64,000 bases of DNA from Patescibacteria group bacterium (GTDB lineage Bacteria; Patescibacteriota; Minisyncoccia; Phycocordibacterales; SBAW01): NCBI GenBank assembly GCA_016176685.1, contig JACOWS010000002.1:94608-158607 (forward strand). The letters run 5' to 3'. Under the pieces are notes generated by a model. The model saw only the letters and a program-made list of their open reading frames with translations, made no database searches and was not told where the DNA came from. Numbering within the stretch: the first letter of the stretch is position 1; each line of letters starts with the position of its first letter. Positions 20,016 to 31,538 of the stretch are shown here, one piece after another. Made by a program: the position numbers and the translations under genes.

Positions 20016-21113
20016 CTACCTCCTAGATTGTATAAGCGTGCGTATGGTGCGCCACAGCGTGGCGTCGCCCCGAGCGCTGTCGGGCAGATACCAGCCATCT
20101 CCCTCTTTGGCGCCGTACTTAAAGAACGCGACACCGATGAGATTTTCTGTTTTGAGCGCCTGGGTATAGTCGTTTATTAGGTGTGCGGTTGTGGGTTTAA
20201 CCCATATGGGCGGCTCCTCCCATACCCCGAGCGACGGGATAAAAACAACTTTTGGGTCAATGGCATAGATCGAGCGCGTGGCGCGAAGCATAACGGTTGA
20301 GACAAAGTCGGGAAAGTATTCGTCTACATTTGAGTAGGCATTGACCATCACTATGTCGGCAACATTGTTTGCAAAGCTGTTGCCCGGCCGGAAGAAGTCG
20401 TCGGCATAGTCATAAAAATACCAGCCGTTCATCCGTATCATCACCGGATGCGCCAAGTCGACACTCTTTACATCAAGGTAGGCCTGCCCGAGCTGTGCGG
20501 CCGAGAGAGCAAATTTTGTCTCCCACTGTGGGTCGGGCTGTATCCCGCCGGTGCCAAACGGGAATACGCCGCCGTCTTCGTTTGAAGTATCCCACGCATA
20601 CAAAGCCGGGTGGCCCTTCCATGCGGCAACCCACTGTTTAACCTTTTCGCTCTGCCACACTGGCTTTTGCCCAGGAATAAAGTTGTCGTCGCACGTATAG
20701 CCCCACTCCGCCTCCCCCGCTCCGGCATTGAGTATTACCTTGAGGCCGGCGTCTCGCGCGCTGTCGAGAAAGTACTGCACGTCTTCCCTACCGGCGCAGA
20801 TGTCGAAGTTGCCTTCAATGACGTCAAACCCGGCCTCTTTTATTGCCGAGAAGTCTTTTTGCGTAAGGCCGAAATGGTCGTATACCGCTTCCCCCACGTC
20901 TTTGAGTATGGCAAGAGTGCCGCCCTGCGGGGCGGGTGCGGTTGCAGAGAAGTTTGTTGTTGAAGCTTTTTCTGGCTCGCTCACGGATTGTACCTCTTGA
21001 GCGGTTTGCAAAGGAGCGTTTGTTGACGGCGGTGTACGGAGCGCGAGTGCGACAGCAAACACAACCACTGCTACTAGCGCCAGGGTGGTAATTAATTTAC
21101 TCTCGGTTGACAT
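20016..21113 (-). CDS. Membrane-anchored glycoside hydrolase-like TIM-barrel protein
   Basis: N-terminal TM; IKEAGFDVI, AGLKVIL and HPALYAWDTSNE clan-A-like motifs. Confidence 0.65.
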   Translation of the reverse strand: MSTESKLITTLALVAVVVFAVALALRTPPSTNAPLQTAQEVQSVSEPEKASTTNFSATAPAPQGGTLAILKDVGEAVYDHFGLTQKDFSAIKEAGFDVIEGNFDICAGREDVQYFLDSARDAGLKVILNAGAGEAEWGYTCDDNFIPGQKPVWQSEKVKQWVAAWKGHPALYAWDTSNEDGGVFPFGTGGIQPDPQWETKFALSAAQLGQAYLDVKSVDLAHPVMIRMNGWYFYDYADDFFRPGNSFANNVADIVMVNAYSNVDEYFPDFVSTVMLRATRSIYAIDPKVVFIPSLGVWEEPPIWVKPTTAHLINDYTQALKTENLIGVAFFKYGAKEGDGWYLPDSARGDATLWRTIRTLIQSRR

Positions 21114-22341
21114 AGGAAGCGGAGTTGTAGTTTAGGCCCGCGCTCTCTCCATTACGGGCAAACAGCTCCACGTTGTCTATGAAGACACTGCCTTTTGTCC
21201 CTGGAGTCGCATACACCTGCACGGCGGCGGTCTTAACCAGCACCGAGGTCGGCTGGTACACATAGGAGCGGTCAATGACATTTTGGTTATAGAGCGCGCC
21301 TTGCCACTTGCCGGAGACCCAGGCGCCGCTCTCATCGTACTCGTCTATATAGAAGCCGACTTCTCCCGAAGTAAGATTTTGGCTATCGGTATAGACTCGC
21401 AGCCCGTAGGTTACCCCATGGGATACGGAGACTTTTTTTCCAAACAAGTGGCCGCCTTTTGCGGTGCCCACCACCTTGACGGTGTTTTTGGGTGTCGGGT
21501 AGCTGCCATTGTTGGCGGTATTGAGCTTCATGCTGTTTGTATTGTCGGTAATCCAGCCGGCAAGCTCCTCTTCGAAGCTCGGGTTTGCAATGAGGTTAAC
21601 GGACTGCATAAGCACTTTTGCCACCGTCTTTGTTCTAATGTTTTTTGCGTCCAGATAGTCAATAAAGCTCTGGAACGTAGCCGTCTCCCAGGAGTAGTCG
21701 TCCGTTGGATCAACCGCGGGCAAAATCTCGTGGAATACCAGCACCAGCCAGCCGTCTTGTGCCACCGCTTCGTCTACCCACACTTTTGCCTGTTCCAGAC
21801 TTGTTTGGTTTGTCACATAGCGCACATACAAAAGATATTTGTTGTACGGCCAAAAATTGAGCCCCTGGTTTGCGAAAGCGCGGTGAGAATTATATTTTTT
21901 GGCAATAGCTGAAAGCACAATATTGTCATAAGCGCCAAAAGGAGTCGCAAAGTCGGTTGGGGTGATACCTTTGGCCACAAAGTTGCTGTAGTCTTGGTTA
22001 AGTTCACTGCGAATGGTCGAAAGCGGCACCGTCGGCAGCTCTATGTGCATGAGGCCGTGTGCGGCTACCTCAAAGCCGGTGGTATGAAGGTTCTTTACCT
22101 GATTCCAGGTCATGTACCAATCACTTTGACCTACCAGCCCGGAGTTTATGTAGAAGGTGGCCGTTTGACCCGCGGCTTTCAATAGTTGTGCGGGAGTCTG
22201 GTACTGCGAAGGGTTGCCGTCATCGAACGTCAAGGTCACGGTGCCTGCGGCATGTGCGACGGCCCCGCCTATGACAAACAACATACTCACCACCGCAATG
22301 CGCAGAGTGTGGAGAGAAATATAATTGAAGGAGAGCTTCAT
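21097..22341 (-). CDS. Polysaccharide deacetylase (NodB/CE4) with C-terminal CBM4/9-like domain
   Basis: LTFDDG, EVAAHGLMH, FATPFG, LVFHEI; NLIANPSFEE...W. Confidence 0.85.
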   Translation of the reverse strand: MKLSFNYISLHTLRIAVVSMLFVIGGAVAHAAGTVTLTFDDGNPSQYQTPAQLLKAAGQTATFYINSGLVGQSDWYMTWNQVKNLHTTGFEVAAHGLMHIELPTVPLSTIRSELNQDYSNFVAKGITPTDFATPFGAYDNIVLSAIAKKYNSHRAFANQGLNFWPYNKYLLYVRYVTNQTSLEQAKVWVDEAVAQDGWLVLVFHEILPAVDPTDDYSWETATFQSFIDYLDAKNIRTKTVAKVLMQSVNLIANPSFEEELAGWITDNTNSMKLNTANNGSYPTPKNTVKVVGTAKGGHLFGKKVSVSHGVTYGLRVYTDSQNLTSGEVGFYIDEYDESGAWVSGKWQGALYNQNVIDRSYVYQPTSVLVKTAAVQVYATPGTKGSVFIDNVELFARNGESAGLNYNSASYVNRE

Positions 22342-22358
22342 ACTTTTAACTATAGTTA

Positions 22359-22568
22359 CTAATCTAATAATAAATAGCTGTTGCGATGATAATTGATTAC
22401 GTATCGGCACAGCGTACAAACGACTAGACACGCGGACACGGCGGTGAGGGTTAAAAAGCCGATGCTTATCCATATATTGCCAGCACTCAAGAGCATATAT
22501 CCTGCGTACCCGCTCAAAGCAGCGGTACTGATTCCTGATATACCTGAACCGCCATTGAAATTAAACAT
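22359..22568 (-). CDS. Small membrane protein
   Basis: 69 aa hydrophobic ORF filling the gap between the GT2 and deacetylase genes in the same orientation. Confidence 0.5.
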   Translation of the reverse strand: MFNFNGGSGISGISTAALSGYAGYMLLSAGNIWISIGFLTLTAVSACLVVCTLCRYVINYHRNSYLLLD

Positions 22569-22583
22569 ATTATTAGTAGTATT

Positions 22584-23816
22584 TTAGCTTACTCGCGTAC
22601 CCCAACCGTCAGTATAGCCGACTAGCAGGAACAGTTTGCGACAGCGGGTAACCAGACCCTGCGGTACCAAACCGTTTTTTTGCGTCACGGTACGGGTTAA
22701 CATAGTAAAAATAAAAAACAGATACGAGCCGACCACCACCAGGGTGAGTATATTGCTGTACACAAACTCCGGGACCATACTCGCGCGTAGTACCCAGTCG
22801 TACCTATCCTTTTCCTTATAGAACCTCATAAGCCATAGTTGGAACAGGTACCAGACGGCAACTTGCAAAAGAGACAAGCCTATAATCCAGCGAGCGAGCT
22901 GCGGATGCGCCGCCCCGCCGCCAAAGAGCGTGAGCACTATAAGCAGGTCTATCATGAGCACGGTGGAAAAGAACACGCCGTGGCCCAGGAGGTCTTGCAA
23001 CACCGGGGCCGCGCGCTTGGCTTTTGCTATAACCGTAATGCCGCCGTAACTCCAGCGCGTTCTTTGCCGCCACAACACAGAAAAGCGCTCCGGCACTTTG
23101 GTCCACGCATAGGCGTTTATGGCTGCCTTCACGCGCCATCCGCGTGTTTTAAGCCGTGCCGTTATTTCGTAATCTTCTATCAGATGCTTTTCCGCAAAAC
23201 CCCCCGCCCCGAAAAGCGCGCGCGCTCTAAAAGCGGTGAGCATGCCGTGCATCACCAGCGGCCCGCCATAAAAACCCTCATCAGCCAAGCGTGTGGCGTT
23301 AAAACCAAGATATTCGAGCCCTTGCAAGCGCGTGAGTAAATTTTTATCTTTATTCAGCACCGCGCACTGGGAGCAGACTGCGCCAAGATTGTTGTCTGAC
23401 ATAAGTTCTGCAACCAGGTTTTGCACGGTGGTTGGACTAACGACCACATCATCGTCAAGTGTCAGAATAACATCTGGCATATACTCTTTTTTCCCTTCAA
23501 AGATATATTTGAGGGCATAATTGAGCGCCCCCGCTTTGAGTGCGTTGGCGGGTGTGCGAAGCAGGGTTATCCGGCTAGACACTCGAGCAATTTTTTCAAA
23601 AATTTGAAAGGGGTCTTTTTCGTCCCGCGGAGTGCAGTCGTCGACCACATATACCGCGAGGCGCGGATTCCACCGTATTAAATCTTCCACCAGAGTTACC
23701 GTGAGTTCTCCCGGTTTGTAGGTCGGGATTATGGCGCATACGCTTGTCTTCTCTACATCAAAAAATGATTTAGTGGCCCGAGTCGGCAGGATAAAATTTT
23801 TGAAATTGATTGCCAT
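22584..23816 (-). CDS. Processive GT2 glycosyltransferase (IcaA/PgaC-like)
   Basis: KAGALN, DDD, IED and QRTRW motifs followed by TM helices. Confidence 0.85.
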   Translation of the reverse strand: MAINFKNFILPTRATKSFFDVEKTSVCAIIPTYKPGELTVTLVEDLIRWNPRLAVYVVDDCTPRDEKDPFQIFEKIARVSSRITLLRTPANALKAGALNYALKYIFEGKKEYMPDVILTLDDDVVVSPTTVQNLVAELMSDNNLGAVCSQCAVLNKDKNLLTRLQGLEYLGFNATRLADEGFYGGPLVMHGMLTAFRARALFGAGGFAEKHLIEDYEITARLKTRGWRVKAAINAYAWTKVPERFSVLWRQRTRWSYGGITVIAKAKRAAPVLQDLLGHGVFFSTVLMIDLLIVLTLFGGGAAHPQLARWIIGLSLLQVAVWYLFQLWLMRFYKEKDRYDWVLRASMVPEFVYSNILTLVVVGSYLFFIFTMLTRTVTQKNGLVPQGLVTRCRKLFLLVGYTDGWGTRVS

Positions 23817-23983
23817 GGGGAAACGTTACTGCGACACCACAAAATAACAGAGCCTTGGTCGGCTATGCCGGTTTCCCATGCGCCATGCCAGAGCAGCACG
23901 ACGCACTACTTAAGTGTAAGTTACACCACTGCAGCGTCAATGTTTTTGTGTTGATAAAAATAGTGTGCCGGATGGTTTTTACC

Positions 23984-24778
23984 CTACCACAGGGCGTCTT
24001 TGACGTCGTGCTCGCCCACCCTGGTGCGTAAAATGTGGAGCGCGAGCGCGGGCACCCCCAGCAGCTTGCCAAGCTCGTGCGCTATAGAGCGCACGTAGGT
24101 GCCGGAAGAACACTCCACGGAGATGGTAGCTGCGGGGAAAAGGCGCGTACCGCTTTTTTTGAGATATCTCTGCCAGGTGCGGAGTATCTCCTCTTGGCGG
24201 AAGTCTCCTTGCACTAGTCCGACGCTTTGCTCGATGTAGGAGAGAAGCGTTTTTTCATCTACCTGGTACATTTCTTTCAGCTCGATATGGTAGATGGTGA
24301 CCGAGCGCTGGGGAAGTACTATAGCGCTTAGAGTCCCATTGCGCGCCCACTCTATAAGCGACCTGCCTTCGACTGTTTTGGAAGAAAAGGGCGGGTACTC
24401 CTGTTCGCGCTTGCCGCGGAACTCGTTGATGCCTTGCGCCACTCTGCGGCGGCGCACGCTTTTGGTGCTGCCGGCATCCATAACGCGGCCGAGGATGTCG
24501 TAGGTGTCGGTTGTAAAGCCAAACAAAACGTCTAGCGTGTACTCTTTATTTAAATCAAGATAGTTTGAGCGGTGCTTGTTGGCGCTCCCCACCAAACACA
24601 AAAGTACTCCTTCGGCCATAGGGTCAAGGCGCCCGGCATAGGACAGAACCTCGTGCAGGTAGCGCGGGTTTAACTCGCGTAGGCGTTCCAGACACTCGCG
24701 CGGCGTCTCGCCCTGCTTTTTATAGAGGTTGAGCACGATATCGCCCGCAGTGGCATGCTCGTTTTTGATATCATCCAT
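23984..24778 (-). CDS. truB: tRNA pseudouridine-55 synthase
   Basis: YAGRLDPMAEGVL, TDTYD and CSSGTYVRS motifs. Confidence 0.85.
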   Translation of the reverse strand: MDDIKNEHATAGDIVLNLYKKQGETPRECLERLRELNPRYLHEVLSYAGRLDPMAEGVLLCLVGSANKHRSNYLDLNKEYTLDVLFGFTTDTYDILGRVMDAGSTKSVRRRRVAQGINEFRGKREQEYPPFSSKTVEGRSLIEWARNGTLSAIVLPQRSVTIYHIELKEMYQVDEKTLLSYIEQSVGLVQGDFRQEEILRTWQRYLKKSGTRLFPAATISVECSSGTYVRSIAHELGKLLGVPALALHILRTRVGEHDVKDALW

Positions 24779-24802
24779 TTCTGCTACAATGTACCATACC
24801 CT

Positions 24803-26050
24803 ATGGTTAAAAGAGAAAAATTGTCGGTGGAACCATACAAAGGAGTGCGCGACTTCTATCCAAAGGAGTTTGCCTTCATGCACTACCTAATGGCCACATG
24901 GCGGGCGGTCTGCGAGCGTTATGGCTATGTCGAGTACAGTGCTTCCATACTGGAACCGGCCGAGCTGTACCGCGCCAAAGGTGCCGCAAACGAAGAGCTT
25001 TCAAACGAGCAAACCTACACTTTTGTGGACCGCGGTGAGCGAGAGGTCACGCTCCGGCCGGAGATGACTCCGTCGGTTGCTCGACTCGTGGCGGGAAAAT
25101 ACCGCGAGCTTGCCTACCCGCTGCGATGGTACTCGGTGCAAAACTTTTTCCGCTACGAGCGGCCGCAGCACGGCAGGTTGCGCGAGTTTTGGCAGCTTAA
25201 CTTCGATATTTTTGGTTCCCGCTCGCGCGTCGCCGATGCCGAGGTTATTGAGCTCTCGTATGCAATGATGCTGGCCTTGGGTGCCACAGAGAATGATTTT
25301 GTTATCAAAGTGGGTAGCCGCAACTTCCTCGACGCACTGGTGCGCGAGCTTAAACTCGACGAGCCGGCGGCTAAAAAACTGCGGATGTTTCTTGACCGGC
25401 GCGCCAAGATGCCGCACGGCGAGTTTGAGCGCGAACTAGCCGACCTTGGAGTGGCGGCCGAGCTGATTTCTCCCGAAAAGGTGCCGGGCGATGTCGCAGA
25501 GATACTCTCGATATTGAAAGACCGCGGGGTCACCAATGCGGTGTTTGACCCTTCCATTGTGCGGGGTTTTGACTACTACAGCGGGGTGGTGTTTGAGCTT
25601 TTTGATACCGACCCCGCAAACCCGCGCTCGCTGTGCGGAGGCGGTCGCTACGACAATATTCTTGACCTCTTTTGCGACGACAAGCTCCCCGCCGTCGGTG
25701 CCGCCGCGGGCGATGCGACTCTGCAACACTTCCTTTCCTCCCGCGGACTCCTCCCCGAGTATATGCCGCCGACAAAAGTGTATCTGGCGGTTACTTCGCC
25801 CTCACTGGTAAAGGAGGCTGCCGCGATTGCCGATGAATTGCGTAAAAAAAATGTGGCAACCGCGATCGATTTTGGCGAAAAGAAGTTGGGCGACCAGATA
25901 AAAGCCGCCGCCAAACACGGCATCCCCTACCTGGTGGTCATCGGCGACAACGAACTACAGTCGGGCGAGTTTGTCGTGCGCGACCTCATGACCGGCAAAG
26001 AGGAGCGGCGGTCGCGCGCAGAGCTTTCCTCACTCTTTCTTACCTTGTAA
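24803..26050 (+). CDS. hisS: Histidine--tRNA ligase
   Basis: KGVRDF, LRPEMT, FRYERPQ.GRLREF.Q, RGFDYY, GGGRYD. Confidence 0.95.
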   Translation: MVKREKLSVEPYKGVRDFYPKEFAFMHYLMATWRAVCERYGYVEYSASILEPAELYRAKGAANEELSNEQTYTFVDRGEREVTLRPEMTPSVARLVAGKYRELAYPLRWYSVQNFFRYERPQHGRLREFWQLNFDIFGSRSRVADAEVIELSYAMMLALGATENDFVIKVGSRNFLDALVRELKLDEPAAKKLRMFLDRRAKMPHGEFERELADLGVAAELISPEKVPGDVAEILSILKDRGVTNAVFDPSIVRGFDYYSGVVFELFDTDPANPRSLCGGGRYDNILDLFCDDKLPAVGAAAGDATLQHFLSSRGLLPEYMPPTKVYLAVTSPSLVKEAAAIADELRKKNVATAIDFGEKKLGDQIKAAAKHGIPYLVVIGDNELQSGEFVVRDLMTGKEERRSRAELSSLFLTL

Positions 26051-26634
26051 TGCGGCGCATAACCCTGGACATAGAAACAGCGGGCTCCTTTTCGGGCCCC
26101 ATGCAAGACCCAACCGAGTTGGAACTAACTATTGTGTGCACCCACAACTCGGAGACAAACCAGTATGACAGCTTTTTAAAAGAGGAGCTTCCGCGCCTGT
26201 GGCCTATACTTGAACACGCGGACCTTTTGGTTGGCTACAACTCCGACCACTTTGACATCCCCATACTCAACAAGTACTATGCTGGCGACCTCGCCCGAGT
26301 GCCGAGTCTCGACCTCTTAAAAGAGATAAAAAACGTGCTGGGTCGGCGGCTCAAGCTCGACAACCTGGCCGAGGCTACGCTTGGCAAAAAAAAGAGCGGT
26401 AACGGGCTCCAAGCGGTCAAGTGGTGGGAGGAGGGCGAGGTGGAGAAGGTACGTGAGTATTGCATCGATGACGTGCGGCTTACGCTCGAGTTGTACGAGT
26501 ATGCAAAAAAACATGGGCTCCTGAAGTACCGCGACTTTTCAGGAGGCGACGTGCGCGACATCAAATTAGATACTTCAAACTGGGAAAAAACCCGCGGCCC
26601 TGCCCAAGCCATGACCCACACTTTGCCGTTTTAA
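26050..26634 (+). CDS. RNase H-like 3'-5' exonuclease (YprB-like)
   Basis: LDIET, GYNSDHFD and YCIDDV motifs. Confidence 0.8.
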   Translation: MRRITLDIETAGSFSGPMQDPTELELTIVCTHNSETNQYDSFLKEELPRLWPILEHADLLVGYNSDHFDIPILNKYYAGDLARVPSLDLLKEIKNVLGRRLKLDNLAEATLGKKKSGNGLQAVKWWEEGEVEKVREYCIDDVRLTLELYEYAKKHGLLKYRDFSGGDVRDIKLDTSNWEKTRGPAQAMTHTLPF

Positions 26635-26681
26635 TACTTGTGCTACAATGCTCTTAAGAAATTAACATAATATATACAGAT

Positions 26682-27380
26682 ATGAGATCACCATATGCAT
26701 TGCCTATCACTATTGTTGTTGCGGGGTTGCTTATTGCCGGAGCGGTTTTTTTGGTCGGTACGAGCAGAACGCCGGGGACTACCGGCACCGATGGAACAAT
26801 TAAGGCGCAGGCCTACGACCCAAGCCGCGACCATATTTTGGGCAACCCCAATGCGCCGGTTAAAGTCATAGAGTATGCGGACCTTGAGTGCCCGTATTGC
26901 AAGACCTTCCACACCACGATGCACCAGGTTATGGACTACTACGGCGAGGGCGGCCAAGTGGCGTGGGTATACCGGGCATTCCCGCTTACTTCAATCCACT
27001 CCAAAGCACCTAAAGAAGCTGAAGCGTCCGAGTGTGCAGCAGCACAGGGTGGCGATGCGGCCTTCTTTGCCTACCTCGACAAAATCTATGAGATTACCCC
27101 ATCGGAAAACAATCTCGACTTGGCAGAGCTTCCTCTGGTGGCCGGGCAGTTGGGGCTCAATGTAGACGCATTCAACAAATGCTTAAACGACGGCACCTAC
27201 TCGGCAAAAGTCACCGCAAGTTATAACGAAGCTATAATTGCAGGCGGCCAGGGCACGCCCTACGTGCTGATTATGGCAAACGATGCGTTGGTGCCGGGCG
27301 GCAACCTCTCCGGCTCACAGCCGTACGACTCTATGCGCGCCATCATCGACGCAGTCCTCCAAGGGATCCCGAGCAACTAG
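26682..27380 (+). CDS. DsbA-family thiol-disulfide oxidoreductase
   Basis: DLECPYC and GTP motifs, N-terminal TM. Confidence 0.9.
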   Translation: MRSPYALPITIVVAGLLIAGAVFLVGTSRTPGTTGTDGTIKAQAYDPSRDHILGNPNAPVKVIEYADLECPYCKTFHTTMHQVMDYYGEGGQVAWVYRAFPLTSIHSKAPKEAEASECAAAQGGDAAFFAYLDKIYEITPSENNLDLAELPLVAGQLGLNVDAFNKCLNDGTYSAKVTASYNEAIIAGGQGTPYVLIMANDALVPGGNLSGSQPYDSMRAIIDAVLQGIPSN

Positions 27381-27455
27381 AGCCAAACAAAAACCCTCCG
27401 CGCAAGAGTAAGGGTCGCGTGTATCTCTCCGGAGCGGAGGGTTTTTGCTTGGCTC
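27380..27455. repeat. Palindromic element between convergent genes (22-bp arms), same core as 43860-43937
   Basis: GAGCCAAaCAAAAACCCTCCGC / GCGGAGGGTTTTTGcTTGGCTC. Confidence 0.8.
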
Positions 27456-27459
27456 CTCC

Positions 27460-28302
27460 TTACTCCTGCGGGCGGAAGTGTGCGTCATACTCTTCGGGGT
27501 TTACGTTGATGCGGTAAATATCAAACGAGTTCTCCCCCTCAAACAGGTCGGAGGGGTTAGGGAGGAACACCTGTGTTTTAGCAACTGCGGCCGTCGCGTC
27601 GCGTATAAGGCGGTTAAAGATAACAAACTCCTGCCGATAGACACGAAAGTCTATACTATAGCGCCGCATCTGGGAGGCGCCGTCGCGGTTAGCGGACACT
27701 TTGCACTCGTGCACGATAAAGCGCCGAACCGGCCTGTTAAACGTCTTTTTGACCGTGTAGTAATTAAAAATCGCTTGGAGAACAAACAGTGGTTTGTCCG
27801 CCTTTTGCGGGCTAAAAGCCGAGACAAATTTAAAGTCGACCACATCGACCCCGCGCGGGTCTACCTTGCTTTGTACCACCAAGTCCGAAACTGCTTTGAT
27901 AGGCAGCGGCAGCCCGGACACCTCTACCGTGGCCTTGGACTCGACCCCCAGCACGCGGTACTTAGGCGGCCGCGCCAAAAAAAAGTTAACGGCCTGCAGA
28001 TACTCGCGTTCCATCCCCGCGCGCCTCTTTTTTTTGGCGGCGCGGGTTTTTGCTTTACCAAAATTTATTTCAAAGTCGGGAGTGTTGCGCATATACTCTA
28101 GCCCCAGTGCCACCGCACCCTCCTTCCCTATCCCGCTGTAGTAATGCTCAAGCGCCTTGTGCGCCGCCCGCCCGATAACCGCCGCGGGCGAGGTGGGCGT
28201 GTCGTACACTTCCTCGACATAGCGCTTGTACCAAGCTAAAGGATTTCGCAAAAAGGTCACCAAAGAGGAGTGGCTCCAGTGTTTTATAGGTAGCTCGGCC
28301 AT
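27460..28302 (-). CDS. PD-(D/E)XK nuclease-family protein
   Basis: SHSSL..F...P, GRAAHKALE and DLV...VVDFK motifs. Confidence 0.8.
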   Translation of the reverse strand: MAELPIKHWSHSSLVTFLRNPLAWYKRYVEEVYDTPTSPAAVIGRAAHKALEHYYSGIGKEGAVALGLEYMRNTPDFEINFGKAKTRAAKKKRRAGMEREYLQAVNFFLARPPKYRVLGVESKATVEVSGLPLPIKAVSDLVVQSKVDPRGVDVVDFKFVSAFSPQKADKPLFVLQAIFNYYTVKKTFNRPVRRFIVHECKVSANRDGASQMRRYSIDFRVYRQEFVIFNRLIRDATAAVAKTQVFLPNPSDLFEGENSFDIYRINVNPEEYDAHFRPQE

Positions 28303-28380
28303 TACCCCGCCAGTATACCCCAGGCGTATATGTCACAAAAAACAAACCCACTATCCTGCAGATTTATTTTTTGCTCTTCA

Positions 28381-29676
<1,296 letters not shown>

Positions 29677-29735
29677 GTAGCGCACAGCATACCACACCAG
29701 GACATATAAGGGAACAGACGTCTATGCGGGAGGCC

Positions 29736-31442
29736 CTACTTTCGCAACTCTTGCTGGCGGCGCGCAAGCTCTGTAATTTTTTTTGTATCTTCGCCTGCTT
29801 GGGACAATTCCTCGCCGACAATGTGCTCCTCCACGCGGCGCAGCAGGTCGCCAACCACCTTGACTTCGTTTTCGCTGGCATCGCATTCGCTGTCGAATGC
29901 AAACCGTAAGGCCTCCGCGTGCGACAGTAACTTTTCTTCCAGTGCTAGTATCCGCTCGGCCCCCACCAACTCTATAAGGCGTTTATGCATCGGGCCGTCT
30001 TTTTCTCCTCCGGAAAAATGATACAAAAGCATGCCAACCGCCCGCTCAAAAGCGGATAGTTCCGGCATGGCTGGAGCCCCTTGTGGCGAATCCTCGGCCG
30101 GCTCGGTAAGAGCCGGCCGTTTGGCCACCTCGGCCATAACCGCTTCTTCGGGGACCTTAAGGCGAGCCGCTACCAAAGATATAAAGTGTGCCTGCTCTAT
30201 ACGGCTTTTAAGCGCCGCAACAAGAGGCAGCACCTGCGCCTCAATCAGGCGCTCATATGCTCGGTTATCGCGCGCGCCCGCTTGCAGTGTGTCGAGAAAA
30301 AACTCTACGGCGGTTTTAGAGGTGCGGATAGCCGCCTTGAGAAGCTCGGGGTTTTGCCCGGCAAGGTCGGCCGGGTCCTTACCCTCGGGGAAAGTTGCGA
30401 CCTTTACCTCAAACCCGTCCTTGAGTGCCATAAGGGTGGACTTGAGGCCTGAACGTAGCCCCGCTTGGTCGGCATCAAGCGCCAGGACGAGGCGTTTGGA
30501 GAACCGTCCGAGTAGAGACAGGTGCTCTTGCGTAAGCGCCGTGCCGGAGAGCGCCACGGCAAACGGCAAACCAGACTGATGCGACAAAATGAGGTCAAAC
30601 TGCCCCTCGACTAACAGGATGCAGTCGGCCTTGCGGATAGCCTGCTTGGCGCGGTCAAAGCCATAGAGAATGCGAGATTTTTTAAACAGCAAAGTCTCCG
30701 GTGAGTTTACATATTTGGCGCTAGACAGCTCGCCCCGCGAGCTGTCGGCCGAACTTCCGGCTTTGCCGGAAGTTTTAGGCGGCATTTCTTCAAAGATCCT
30801 GCCCGAAACCGCGACCACCCGCCCGCCGGTATCCATAATGGGAAATATGATCCGGCCGCGGAAGCGGTCAAAAATTTCGCCCGGCTTTTTTTCCGACCGC
30901 ACGGCAAACCCCGCTTCAACAATGTGGTCTTTGCTAAAACCTTTTGCAAGCAGATGTTTTGAAAGCTCTTCCCAAGCGGCAGGAGCATACCCCAGCCGCC
31001 ACGTTGCCTCGGTAGTCGGCTCTACCCCGCGGTGGTGTAAATACTCCCGCACATCCTTTCGTCCCTTAAGATTTGCTTCAAAAAATTTTACCGCTTCTTC
31101 GCACACTTCTCGCAAGTGTTCTTCTTTTTGTTTGTCTTCCGGACGTTTTGGAGCCCTGTGTTCCAGTGTGACCCCTGCCTTTTCTGCAAGTTGCGCGAGC
31201 GCGGTCGGGAAGTCGCTCCCCTCTATTTTTTGCACGAAGGAAAAGACATCGCCCTTTTCCCCGCAACCAAAACACATGTAGGTGCCGCGCTCCGGCGAGA
31301 CAAAAAACGACGGCGTGCGCTCTTTGTGGAAGGGGCACCGCGCGGTGTAGTTGCGGCCGGCTTTTTTGAGCGGTACATACTGCCCCACCACGTCCACAAT
31401 ATTCAGCCGTGCCTTTATTTTTTCAACATCCGACCCTGCCAT
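29736..31442 (-). CDS. dnaG: DNA primase
   Basis: CPFHKERTPSF...CFGC zinc finger, KYVNSPET, VEGQFD, DADQAG. Confidence 0.95.
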   Translation of the reverse strand: MAGSDVEKIKARLNIVDVVGQYVPLKKAGRNYTARCPFHKERTPSFFVSPERGTYMCFGCGEKGDVFSFVQKIEGSDFPTALAQLAEKAGVTLEHRAPKRPEDKQKEEHLREVCEEAVKFFEANLKGRKDVREYLHHRGVEPTTEATWRLGYAPAAWEELSKHLLAKGFSKDHIVEAGFAVRSEKKPGEIFDRFRGRIIFPIMDTGGRVVAVSGRIFEEMPPKTSGKAGSSADSSRGELSSAKYVNSPETLLFKKSRILYGFDRAKQAIRKADCILLVEGQFDLILSHQSGLPFAVALSGTALTQEHLSLLGRFSKRLVLALDADQAGLRSGLKSTLMALKDGFEVKVATFPEGKDPADLAGQNPELLKAAIRTSKTAVEFFLDTLQAGARDNRAYERLIEAQVLPLVAALKSRIEQAHFISLVAARLKVPEEAVMAEVAKRPALTEPAEDSPQGAPAMPELSAFERAVGMLLYHFSGGEKDGPMHKRLIELVGAERILALEEKLLSHAEALRFAFDSECDASENEVKVVGDLLRRVEEHIVGEELSQAGEDTKKITELARRQQELRK

Positions 31443-31538
31443 AGTCCCCCTAGTGTACTCCACCCACCCCACCCCTCCGACTTGACGAGGTGAGAAATTA
31501 AAGTTAAAAAGTATTTAGAAAGAAAAGGGGAGGTCCTT

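Noticed and set aside
27460-28302. Cas4 assignment for the PD-(D/E)XK nuclease
   Set aside because: No four-Cys Fe-S cluster motif and no cas context
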